Assembly (NCBI RefSeq): GCF_009914755.1
Contig: NC_060936.1
DNA: 64,000 bases
DNA from: the human T2T-CHM13v2.0 reference genome, Homo sapiens
Direction: 5' to 3' (one strand)
Below are positions 1 through 12,946 of the stretch, piece after piece. Within the stretch, counting starts at the first letter, position 1; every line of letters begins with the position of its first letter. The notes beneath the pieces were generated by a model. It saw only the letters and a list, made by a program, of their open reading frames with translations. It was not told the origin of the DNA and ran no database searches. A program made the translations under genes and the position numbers.

Positions 1-38
1 TTACTGAGACTTCTCCTGTCAAACATTATATGAAGAAA

Positions 39-55
39 TCCCGTTTCCAACGAAG
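39..55 (-). promoter_or_regulatory. CENP-B box (first of roughly 188 box positions, one per ~340 bp)
   Basis: + strand TCCCGTTTCCAACGAAG is the reverse complement of CTTCGTTGGAAACGGGA, which matches NTTCGNNNNANNCGGGN. It recurs at 379, 719 (variant), 1059, 1399 and onward to ~63897. Confidence 0.97.
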
Positions 56-3000
56 GCCTCAAAGAGGTCCAAATATCTGCTTGCAGACTTTACAGACAGA
101 GTGTTTCTAAACTGCTCCATCAAAAGAAAGGTGGAACTCCTTGAGTTGAACACACACATCACAAAGTAGTTTCTGTGAATGATTCTGTCTAGTTTTTATA
201 CGAAGATGTTTCCTTTTCTACCTATGGTCTCAAAGCGATTGAAATCTCCACATGGAAACTCCACAAAAAGAGTGTTTCAAATCTGCTCTTTCTGAAGGAA
301 GGTTCAACTCTGTGAGTTGAATACACACACCACAAATAAGTTACTGAGAATTCTTCTGTGTAACATTATATGAGGAAATCCCGTTTCCAACGAAGGCCTC
401 AAAGAGGTCCAAATATCCACTTGCAGACTTTACAAAGACAGTGTCTCCAAACTCCTCCATCAAAAGAAAGGTTATACTCTGTGAATTGAACGCACACATC
501 ACAAAGTAGTTTCTGAGAATGATTCTGTCTAGTTTTTATACGAAGATATTTCCTTTTCTACATTTGGCCTAAAAGCGCTTGAAATCTCCACCTGCAAATA
601 TCACAAAAACAGGGTTTCACATCTGCTCTGTCTAAAGGACAGTTCACCTCTGTGAGTTGAATAGAGGCAACACAAAGAACTTACTCAGTATTCTTCTTTC
701 TAGCATTCTATGAAGAAATCCCGTATCCAACGAAGGCCCCAAAGAGGTCCAAATATCTGCTTGCAGACTTTACAGACAGAGTTTTTCCAAACTGTTCCAT
801 CAAAAGAAAGGTTAAACTCCTTGAGTTGAACACACACATCACAAAGTAGTTTCTGTGAATGATTCTGTCTAGTTTTTATAAGAAGATGTTTCCTTTGCTA
901 CCTTTGGTCTCTAAGCGATTGAAATCTCCACATGGAAACTCCTCAAAAAGAGTGTTTCAAATCTGCTCTTTCTGAAGGAAGGTTCAACTCTGTGAGTTGA
1001 ATACACACACCACAAATAAGTTACTGAGAATTCTTCTGTGTAACATTATATGAGGAAATCCCGTTTCCAACGAAGGCCTCAAAGAGGTCCAAATATCCAC
1101 TTGCAGACTTTACAAAGACAGTGTCTCCAAACTCCTCCATCAAAAGAAAGGTTATACTCTGTGAATTGAACGCACACATCACAAAGTAGTTTCTGAGAAT
1201 GATTCTGTCTAGTTTTTATACGAAGATATTTCCTTTTCTACATTTGGCCTAAAAGCGCTTGAAATCTCCACCTGCAAATATCACAAAAAGAGGGTTTCAC
1301 ATCTGCTCTGTCTAAAGGACAGTTCACCTCTGTGAGTTGAATAGAGGCAACACAAAGAACTTACTCAGTATTCTTCTTTCTAGCGTTCTATGAAGAAATC
1401 CCGTTTCCAACGAAGGCCTCAAAGAGGTCAAATATCTGCTTGCAAACTTTACAGACAGAGTGTTTCCAAACTACTCTATGAAAAGAAAGCTTAAACTCCT
1501 TGAGTTGAACGCACACATCACAAAGTAGTTTCTGAGAATGATTCTGTCTAGTTTTTATACGAAGATGTTTCCTTTTCTACATTTGGTCTCAAAGCGATTG
1601 AAATCTCCAACTGGAAACTGCACAAATAGGCTGTTTCAAATCTGCTCTGTCTAAAGGAAGGTTCAGCTCTGTGAGTTGAATACACACACCACAAATAAGT
1701 TACTGAGAATTCTTCTGTCGAACATTACAGGAAGAAATCCCGTTTCCAACGAAGGCCTCAAAGAGCTCCAAATATCCACTTGCAGACATTACAAACAGTG
1801 TGTTTCCCAACTGCTCCATCAAAAGAAAGGTTAAACTCTGTGAGCTGAACACACACATCAAAAAGAAGTTTCTGTGAATGATTCTGTCTAGATTTTATAA
1901 GAAGATGTTTCCTTTTCTACCGTAGGCCTCAAAGCGCTTGAAATCTCCAGCTGCAAATTCCACAAAAAGGGTGTTTAACATCTGCTCTTCTAAAGGAAAG
2001 TTCAACTCTATGAGTTGAATACACACAGCACAAAGAAGTTACTGAGACTTCTCCTATCAAACATTATATGAAGAAATCCCGTTTCCAACGAAGGCCTCAA
2101 AGAGGTCCAAATATCTGCTTGCAGACTTTACAGACAGAGTGTTTCCAAACTGCTCCATCAAAAGAAAGGTTAAACTCCTTGAGTTGAACACACACATCAC
2201 AAAGTAGTTTCTGTGAATGATTCTGTCTAGTTTTTATACGAAGATGTTTCCTTTTCTACCTTTGGTCTCAAAGCGATTGAAATCTCCACATGGAAACTCC
2301 ACAAAAAGAGTGTTTCAAATCTGCTCTTTCTGAAGGAAGGTTCAACTCTGTGAGTTGAATACACACACCACAAATAAGTTACTGAGAATTCTTCTGTGTA
2401 ACATTATATGAGGAAATCCCGTTTCCAACGAAGGCGTCAAAGAGGTCCAAATATCCACTTGCAGACTTTACAAAGACAGTGTCTCCAAACTCCTCCATCA
2501 AAAGAAAGGTTATACTCTGTGAATTGAACGCACACATCACAAAGTAGTTTCTGAGAATGATTCTGTCTAGTTTTTATACGAAGATATTTCCTTTTCTACA
2601 TTTGGCCTAAAAGCGCTTGAAATCTCCACCTGCAAATATCACAAAAAGAGGGTTTCACATCTGCTCTGTCTAAAGGACAGTTCACCTCTGTGAGTTGAAT
2701 AGAGGCAACACAAAGAACTTACTCAGTATTCTTCTTTCTAGCATTCTATGAAGAAATCCCGTTTCCAACGAAGGCCCCAAAGAGGTCCAAATATCTGCTT
2801 GCAGACTTTACAGACAAAGTTTTTCCAAACTGCTCCATCAAAAGAAAGGTTAAACTCCTTGAGTTGAACACACACATCACAAAGTAGTTTCTGTGAATGA
2901 TTCTGTCTAGTTTTTATAAGAAGATGTTTCCTTTTCTACCTTTGGTCTCAAAGCGATTGAAATCTCCACATGGAAACTCCTCAAAAAGAGTGTTTCAAAT

Positions 3001-6000
3001 CTGCTCTTTCTGAAGGAAGGTTCAACTCTGTGAGTTGAATACACACACCACAAATAAGTTACTGAGAATTCTTCTGTGTAACATTATATGAGGAAATCCC
3101 GTTTCCAACGAAGGCCTCAAAGAGGTCCAAATATCCACTTGCAGACTTTACAAAGACAGTGTCTCCAAACTCCTCCATCAAAAGAAAGGTTATACTCTGT
3201 GAATTGAACGCACACATCACAAAGTAGTTTCTGAGAATGATTCTGTCTAGTTTTTATACGAAGATATTTCCTTTTCTACATTTGGCCTAAAAGCGCTTGA
3301 AATCTCCACCTGCAAATATCACAAAAAGAGGGTTTCACATCTGCTGTGTCTAAAGGACAGTTCACCTCTGTGAGTTGAATAGAGGCAACACAAAGAACTT
3401 ACTCAGTATTCTTCTTTCTAGCGTTCTATGAAGAAATCCCGTTTCCAACGAAGGCCTCAAAGAGGTCAAATATCTGCTTGCAGACTTTACAGACAGAGTG
3501 TTTCCAAACTACTCTATGAAAAGAAAGCTTAAACTCCTTGAGTTGAACGCACACATCACAAAGTAGTTTCTGAGAATGATTCTGTCTAGTTTTTATACGA
3601 AGATGTTTCCTTTTCTACATTTGGTCTCAAAGCGATTGAAATCTCCAACTGGAAACTGCACAAATAGGCTGTTTCAAATCTGCTCTGTCTAAAGGAAGGT
3701 TCAGCTCTGTGAGTTGAATACACACACCACAAATAAGTTACTGAGAATTCTTCTGTCGAACATTACAGGAAGAAATCCCGTTTCCAACGAAGGCCTCAAA
3801 GAGGTCCAAATATCCACTTGCAGACATTACAAACAGTGTGTTTCCCAACTGCTCCATCAAAAGAAAGGTTAAACTCTGTGAGCTGAACACACACATCAAA
3901 AAGAAGTTTCTGTGAATGATTCTGTCTAGATTTTATAAGAAGATGTTTCCTTTTCTACCGTAGGCCTCAAAGCGCTTGAAATCTCCAGCTGCAAATTCCA
4001 CAAAAAGGGTGTTTAACATCTGCTCTTCTAAAGGAAAGTTCAACTCTATGAGTTGAATACACACAGCACAAAGAAGTTACTGAGACTTCTCCTATCAAAC
4101 ATTATATGAAGAAATCCCGTTTCCAACGAAGGCCTCAAAGAGGTCCAAATATCTGCTTGCAGACTTTACAGACAGAGTGTTTCCAAACTGCTCCATCAAA
4201 AGAAAGGTTAAACTCCTTGAGTTGAACACACACATCACAAAGTAGTTTCTGTGAATGATTCTGTCTAGTTTTTATACGAAGATGTTTCCTTTTCTACCTT
4301 TGGTCTCAAAGCGATTGAAATCTCCACATGGAAACTCCACAAAAAGAGTGTTTCAAATCTGCTCTTTCTGAAGGAAGGTTCAACTCTGTGAGTTGAATAC
4401 ACACACCACAAATAAGTTACTGAGAATTCTTCTGTGTAACATTATATGAGGAAATCCCGTTTCCAACGAAGGCCTCAAAGAGGTCCAAATATCCACTTGC
4501 AGACTTTACAAAGACAGTGTCTCCAAACTCCTCCATCAAAAGAAAGGTTATACTCTGTGAATTGAACGCACACATCACAAAGTAGTTTCTGAGAATGATT
4601 CTGTCTAGTTTTTATACGAAGATATTTCCTTTTCTACATTTGGCCTAAAAGCGCTTGAAATCTCCACCTGCAAATATCACAAAAAGAGGGTTTCACATCT
4701 GCTCTGTCTAAAGGACAGTTCACCTCTGTGAGTTGAATAGAGGCAACACAAAGAACTTACTCAGTATTCTTCTTTCTAGCATTCTATGAAGAAATCCCGT
4801 TTCCAACGAAGGCCCCAAAGAGGTCCAAATATCTGCTTGCAGACATTACAGACAGAGTTTTTCCAAACTGCTCCATCAAAAGAAAGGTTAAACTCCTTGA
4901 GTTGAACACACACATCACAAAGTAGTTTCTGTGAATGATTCTGTCTAGTTTTTATAAGAAGATGTTTCCTTTTCTACCTTTGGTCTCAAAGCGATTGAAA
5001 TCTCCACATGGAAACTCCTCAAAAAGAGTGTTTCAAATCTGCTCTTTCTGAAGGAAGGTTCAACTCTGTGAGTTGAATACACACACCACAAATAAGTTAC
5101 TGAGAATTCTTCTGTGTAACATTATATGAGGAAATCCCGTTTCCAATGAAGGCCTCAAAGAGGTCCAAATATCCACTTGCAGACTTTACAAAGACAGTGT
5201 CTCCAAACTCCTCCATGAAAAGAAAGGTTATACTCTGTGAATTGAACGCACACATCACAAAGTAGTTTCTGAGAATGATTCTGTCTAGTTTTTATACGAA
5301 GATATTTCCTTTTCTACATTTGGCCTAAAAGCGCTTGAAATCTCCACCTGCAAATATCACAAAAAGAGGGTTTCACATCTGCTCTGTCTAAAGGACAGTT
5401 CACCTCTGTGAGTTGAATAGAGGCAACACAAAGAACTTACTCAGTATTCTTCTTTCTAGCGTTCTATGAAGAAATCCCGTTTCCAACGAAGGCCTCAAAG
5501 AGGTCAAATATCTGCTTGCAGACTTTACAGACAGAGTGTTTCCAAACTACTCTATGAAAAGAAAGCTTAAACTCCTTGAGTTGAACGCACACATCACAAA
5601 GTAGTTTCTGAGAATGATTCTGTCTAGTTTTTATACGAAGATGTTTCCTTTTCTACATTTGGTCTCAAAGCGATTGAAATCTCCAACTGGAAACTGCACA
5701 AATAGGCTGTTTCAAATCTGCTCTGTCTAAAGGAAGGTTCAGCTCTGTGAGTTGAATACACACACCACAAATAAGTTACTGAGAATTCTTCTGTCGAACA
5801 TTACAGGAAGAAATCCCGTTTCCAACGAAGGCCTCAAAGAGCTCCAAATATCCACTTGCAGACATTACAAACAGTGTGTTTCCCAACTGCTTCATCAAAA
5901 GAAAGGTTAAACTCTGTGAGCTGAACACACACATCAAAAAGAAGTTTCTGTGAATGATTCTGTCTAGATTTTATAAGAAGATGTTTCCTTTTCTACCGTA

Positions 6001-9000
6001 GGCCTCAAAGCGCTTGAAATCTCCAGCTGCAAATTCCACAAAAAGGGTGTTTAACATCTGCTCTTCTAAAGGAAAGTTCAACTCTATGAGTTGAATACAC
6101 ACAGCACAAAGAAGTTACTGAGACTTCTCCTATCAAACGTTATATGAAGAAATCCCGTTTCCAACGAAGGCCTCAAAGAGGTCCAAATATCTGCTTGCAG
6201 ACTTTACAGACAGAGTGTTTCCAAACTGCTCCATCAAAAGAAAGGTTAAACTCCTTGAGTTGAACACACACATCACAAAGTAGTTTCTGTGAATGATACT
6301 GTCTAGTTTTTATACGAAGATGTTTCCTTTTCTACCTTTGGTCTCAAAGCGATTGAAATCTCCACATGGAAACTCCACAAAAAGAGTGTTTCAAATCTGC
6401 TCTTTCTGAAGGAAGGTTCAACTCTGTGAGTTGAATACACACACCACAAATAAGTTACTGAGAATTCTTCTGTGTAACATTATATGAGGAAATCCCGTTT
6501 CCAACGAAGGCGTCAAAGAGGTCCAAATATCCACTTGCAGACTTTACAAAGACAGTGTCTCCAAACTCCTCCATCAAAAGAAAGGTTATACTCTGTGAAT
6601 TGAACGCACACATCACAAAGTAGTTTCTGAGAATGATTCTGTCTAGTTTTTATACGAAGATATTTCCTTTTCTACATTTGGCCTAAAAGCGCTTGAAATC
6701 TCCACCTGCAAATATCACAAAAAGAGGGTTTCACATCTGCTCTGTCTAAAGGACAGTTCACCTCTGTGAGTTGAATAGAGGCAACACAAAGAACTTACTC
6801 AGTATTCTTCTTTCTAGCATTCTATGAAGAAATCCCGTTTCCAACGAAGGCCCCAAAGAGGTCCAAATATCTGCTTGCAGACTTTACAGACAGAGTTTTT
6901 CCAAACTGCTCCATCAAAAGAAAGGTTAAACTCCTTGAGTTGAACACACACATCACAAAGTAGTTTCTGTGAATGATTCTGTCTAGTTTTTATAAGAAGA
7001 TATTTCCTATTCTACCTTTGGTCTCAAAGCGATTGAAATCTCCACATGGAAACTCCTCAAAAAGAGTGTTTCAAATCTGCTCTTTCTGAAGGAAGGTTCA
7101 ACTCTGTGAGTTGAATACACACACCACAAATAAGTTACTGAGAATTCTTCTGTGTAACATTATATGAGGAAATCCCGTTTCCAACGAAGGCCTCAAAGAG
7201 GTCCAAATATCCACTTGCAGACTTTACAAAGACAGTGACTCCAAACTCCTCCATCAAAAGAAAGGTTATACTCTGTGAATTGAACGCACACATCACAAAG
7301 TAGTTTCTGAGAATGATTCTGTCTAGTTTTTATACGAAGATATTTCCTTTTCTACATTTGGCCTAAAAGAGCTTGAAATCTCCACCTGCAAATATCACAA
7401 AAAGAGGGTTTCACATCTGCTCTGTCTAAAGGACAGTTCACCTCTGTGAGTTGAATAGAGGCAACACAAAGAACTTACTCAGTATTCTTCTTTCTAGCGT
7501 TCTATGAAGAAATCCCGTTTCCAACGAAGGCCTCAAAGAGGTCAAATATCTGCTTTCAGACTTTACAGACAGAGTGTTTCCAAACTACTCTATGAAAAGA
7601 AAGCTTAAACTCCTTGAGTTGAACGCACACATCACAAAGTAGTTTCTGAGAATGATTCTGTCTAGTTTTTATACGAAGATGTTTCCTTTTCTACATTTGG
7701 TCTCAAAGCGATTGAAATCTCCAACTGGAAACTGCACAAATAGGCTGTTTCAAATCTGCTCTGTCTAAAGGAAGGTTCAGCTCTGTGAGTTGAATACACA
7801 CACCACAAATAAGTTACTGAGAATTCTTCTGTCGAACATTACAGGAAGAAATCCCGTTTCCAACGAAGGCCTCAAAGAGCTCCAAATATCCACTTGCAGA
7901 CATTACAAACAGTGTGTTTCCCAACTGCTCCATCAAAAGAAAGGTTAAACTCTGTGAGCTGAACACACACATCAAAAAGAAGTTTCTGTGAATGATTCTG
8001 TCTAGATTTTATAAGAAGATGTTTCCTTTTCTACCGTAGGCCTCAAAGCGCTTGAAATCTCCAGCTGCAAATTCCACAAAAAGGGTGTTTAACATCTGCT
8101 CTTCTAAAGGAAAGTTCAACTCTATGAGTTGAATACACACAGCACAAAGAAGTTACTGAGACTTCTCCTATCAAACATTATATGAAGAAATCCCGTTTCC
8201 AACGAAGGCCTCAAAGAGGTCCAAATATCTGCTTGCAGACTTTACAGACAGAGTGTTTCCAAACTGCTCCATCAAAAGAAAGGTTAAACTCCTTGAGTTG
8301 AACACACACATCACAAAGTAGTTTCTGTGAATGATTCTGTCTAGTTTTTATACGAAGATGTTTCCTTTTCTACCTTTGGTCTCAAAGCGATTGAAATCTC
8401 CACATGGAAACTCCACAAAAAGAGTGTTTCAAATCTGCTCTTTCTGAAGGAAGGTTCAACTCTGTGAGTTGAATACACACACCACAAATAAGTTACTGAG
8501 AATTCTTCTGTGTAACATTATATGAGGAAATCCCGTTTCCAACGAAGGCCTCAAAGAGGTCCAAATATCCACTTGCAGACTTTACAAAGACAGTGTCTCC
8601 AAACTCCTCCATCAAAAGAAAGGTTATACTCTGTGAATTGAACGCACACATCACAAAGTAGTTTCTGAGAATGATTCTGTCTAGTTTTTATACGAAGATA
8701 TTTCCTTTTCTACATTTGGCCTAAAAGCGCTTGAAATCTCCACCTGCAAATATCACAAAAAGAGGGTTTCACACCTGCTGTGTCTAAAGGACAGTTCACC
8801 TCTGTGAGTTGAATAGAGGCAACACAAAGAACTTACTCAGTATTCTTCTTTCTAGCATTCTATGAAGAAATCCCGTTTCCAACGAAGGCCCCAAAGAGGT
8901 CCAAATACCTGCTTGCAGACTTTACAGACAGAGTTTTTCCAAACTGCTCCATCAAAAGAAAGGTTAAACTCCTTGAGTTGAACACACACATCACAAAGTA

Positions 9001-10228
9001 GTTTCTGTGAATGATTCTGTCTAGTTTTTATACGAAGATGTTTCCTTTTCTACCTTTGGTCTCAAAGCGATTGAAATCTCCACATGGAAACTCCACAAAA
9101 AGAGTGTTTCAAATCTGTTCTTTCTGAAGGAAGGTTCAACTCTGTGAGTTGAATACACACACCACAAATAAGTTACTGAGAATTCTTCTGTGTAACATTA
9201 TATGAGGAAATCCCGTTTCCAACGAAGGCCTCAAAGAGGTCCAAATATCCACTTGCAGACTTTACAAAGACAGTGTCTCCAAACTCCTCCATGAAAAGAA
9301 AGGTTATACTCTGTGAATTGAACGCACACATCACAAAGTAGTTTCTGAGAATGATTCTGTCTAGTTTTTATACGAAGATATTTCCTTTTCTACATTTGGC
9401 CTAAAAGCGCTTGAAATCTCCACCTACAAATATCACAAAAAGAGGGTTTCACATCTGCTCTGTCTAAAGGACAGTTCACCTCTGTGAGTTGAATAGAGGC
9501 AACACAAAGAACTTACTCAGTATTCTTCTTTCTAGCGTTCTATGAAGAAATCCCGTTTCCAACGAAGGCCTCAAAGAGGTCAAAGATCTGCTTGCAGACT
9601 TTACAGACTGAGTGTTTCCAAACTACTCTATGAAAAGAAAGCGTAAACTCCTTGAGTTGAACGCACACATCACAAAGTAGTTTCTGAGAATGATTCTGTC
9701 TAGTTTTTATACGAAGATGTTTCCTTTTCTACATTTGGTCTCAAAGCGATAGAAATCTCCAACTGGAAACTGCACAAATAGGCTGTTTCAAATCTGCTCT
9801 GTCTAAAGGAAGGTTCAACTCTGTGAGTTGAATACACACACCGCAAATAAGTTACTGAGAATTCTTCTCTCGAACATTACTTGAAGAAATCCCGTTTCCA
9901 ACGAAGGCCTCAAAGAGGTCCAAATATCCACTTGCAGACATTACAAACAGAGTGTTTCCAAACTGCTCCATCAAAAGAAAGGTTAAACTCTGTGAGCTGA
10001 ACACACACATCAAAAAGAAGTTTCTGTGAATGATTCTGTCTAGATTTTATAAGAAGATGTTTCCTTTTCTACCGTAGGCCTCAAAGCGCTTGAAATCTCC
10101 AGCTGCAAATTCCACAAAAAGGGTGTTTAACATCTGCTCTTCTAAAGGAAAGTTCAACTCTATGAGTTGAATACACACAGCACAAAGAAGTTACTGAGAC
10201 TTCTCCTATCAAACATTATATGAAGAAA
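39..10228 (-). repeat. Domain of five tandem 12-mer HOR variants (A-B-A'-B-C-D), period 2038 bp
   Basis: A-type boxes at 39, 2077, 4115, 6153, 8191 and 10229. Each unit has two B dimers (ATAGAGGCAAC) but only one HindIII-bearing C and one XbaI/PvuII-bearing D. Confidence 0.93.
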
Positions 10229-12946
10229 TCCCGTTTCCAACGAAGGCCTCAAAGAGGTCCAAATATCTGCTTGCAGACTTTACAGACAGAGTGTTTCCAA
10301 ACTGCTCCATCAAAAGAAAGGTTAAACTCCTTGAGTTGAACACACACATCACAAAGTAGTTTCTGTGAATGATTCTGTCTAGTTTTTATACGAAGATGTT
10401 TCCTTTTCTACCTTTGGTCTCAAAGCTATTGAAATCTCCACATGGAAACTCCACAAAAAGAGTGTTTCAAATCTGCTCTCTCTGAAGGAAGGTTCAACTC
10501 TGTGAGTTGAATACACACACCACAAATAAGTTACTGATAATTCTTCTGTGTAACATTATATGAGGAAATCCCGTTTCCAACGAAGGCCTCAAAGAGGTCC
10601 AAATATCCACTTGCAGACTTTACAAAGACAGTGTCTCCAAACTCCTCCATCAAAAGAAAGGTTATACTCTGTGAATTGAACGCACACATCACAAAGTAGT
10701 TTCTGAGAATGATTCTGTCTAGTTTTTATACGAAGATATTTCCTTTTCTACATTTGGCCTAAAAGCGCTTGAAATCTCCACCTGCAAATATCACAAAAAG
10801 AGGGTTTCACATCTGCTCTGTCTAAAGGACAGTTCACCTCTGTGATTTGAATAGAGGCAACACAAAGAACTTACTCAGTATTCTTCTTTCTTGCATTCTA
10901 TGAAGAAATCCCGTTTCCAACGAAGGCCCCAAAGAGGTCCAAATATCTGCTTGCAGACTTTACAGACAGAGTGTTTCCAAACTGCTCCATCAAAAGAAAG
11001 GTTAAACTCCTTGAGTTGAACGCACACATCACAAAGTAGTTTCTGAGAATGATTCTGTCTAGTTTTTATACGAAGATGTTTCCCTTTCTACATTTGGTCT
11101 CAAAGCGATTGAAATCTCCAACTGGAAACTGCACAAATAGGCTGTTTCAAATCTGCTCTGTCTAAAGGAAGGTTCAACTCTGTGAGTTGAATACACACAC
11201 CACAAATAAGTTACTGAGAATTCTTCTGTCGAACATTACTTGAAGAAATCCCGTTTCCAACGAAGGCCTCAAAGAGGTCCAAATATCCACTTGCAGACAT
11301 TACAAACAGAGTGTTTCCAAACTGCTCCATCAAAAGAAAGGTTAAACTCTGTGAGCTGAACACACACATCAAAAAGAAGTTTCTGTGAATGATTCTGTCT
11401 AGATTTTATAAGAAGATGTTTCCTTTTCTACCGTAGGCCTCAAAGCGCTTGAAATCTCCAGCTGCAAATTCCACAAAAAGGGTGTTTAACATCTGTTCTT
11501 CTAAAGGAAAGTTCAACTCTATGAGTTGAATACACACAGCACAAAGAAGTTACTGAGACTTCTCCTATCAAACATTATATGAAGAAATCCCGTTTCCAAC
11601 GAAGGCCTCAAAGAGGTCCAAATATCTGCTTGCAGACTTTACAGACAGAGTGTTTCCAAACTGCTCCATCAAAAGAAAGGTTAAACTCCTTGAGTTGAAC
11701 ACACACATCACAAAGTAGTTTCTGTGAATGATTCTGTCTAGTTTTTATACGAAGATGTTTCCTTTTCTACCTTTGGTCTCAAAGCTATTGAAATCTCCAC
11801 ATGGAAACTCCACAAAAAGAGTGTTTCAAATCTGCTCTCTCTGAAGGAAGGTTCAACTCTGTGAGTTGAATACACACACCACAAATAAGTTACTGATAAT
11901 TCTTCTGTGTAACATTATATGAGGAAATCCCGTTTCCAACGAAGGCCTCAAAGAGGTCCAAATATCCACTTGCAGACTTTACAAAGACAGTGTCTCCTAA
12001 CTCCTCGATCAAAAGAAAGGTTATACTCTGTGAATTGAACGCACACATCACAAAGTAGTTTCTGAGAATGATTCTGTCTAGTTTTTATACGAAGATATTT
12101 CCTTTTCTACATTTGGCCTAAAAGCGCTTGAAATCTCCACCTGCAAATATCACAAAAAGAGGGTTTCACATCTGCTCTGTCTAAAGGACAGTTCACCTCT
12201 GTGATTTGAATAGAGGCAACACAAAGAACTTACTCAGTATTCTTCTTTCTTGCATTCTATGAAGAAATCCCGTTTCCAACGAAGGCCCCAAAGAGGTCCA
12301 AATATCTGCTTGCAGACTTTACAGACAGAGTGTTTCCAAATTGCTCCATCAAAAGAAAGGTTAAACTCCTTGAGTTGAACGCACACATCACAAAGTAGTT
12401 TCTGAGAATGATTCTGTCTAGTTTTTATACGAAGATGTTTACCTTTCTACATTTGGTCTCAAAGCGAATGAAATCTCCAACTGGAAACTGCACAAATAGG
12501 CTGTTTCAAATCTGCTCTGTCTAAAGGAAGGTTCAACTCTGTGAGTTGAATACACACACCACAAATAAGTTACTGAGAATTCTTCTGTCGAACATTACAG
12601 GAAGAAATCCCGTTTCCAACGAAGGCCTCAAAGAGGTCCAAATATCCACTTGCAGACATTACAAACAGTGTGTTTCCCAACTGCTCCATCAAAAGAAAGG
12701 TTAAACTCTGTGAGCTGGACACACAGATCAAAAAGAAGTTTCTGTGAATGATTCTGTCTAGATTTTATTAGAAGTTGTTTCCTTTTCTACCGTAGGCCTC
12801 AAAGCGCTTGAAATCTCCAGCTGCAAATTCCACAAAAAGGGTGTTTAACATCTGCTCTTCTAAAGGAAAGTTCAACTCTATGAGTTGAATACACACAGCA
12901 CAAAGAAGTTACTGAGACTTCTCCTATCAAACATTATATGAAGAAA
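10229..12946 (-). repeat. Two tandem variant 8-mers with a chimeric A/C dimer (no HindIII site)
   Basis: The third dimer (10909, 12268) begins A-like (GCTCCATCAAAAGAAAGGTT) and ends C-like (CAACTGGAAACTGCAC). Both units share private SNVs AAAGCTATTG, ACTGATAATT, TGTGATTTGA and CTTGCATTC. Confidence 0.88.

Noticed and set aside
52-360. Short palindromes (AGGCCT, GAATTC and similar) as regulatory or terminator hairpins
   Set aside because: These are 6-8 bp dyads intrinsic to the alphoid consensus, with no evidence of a distinct element.
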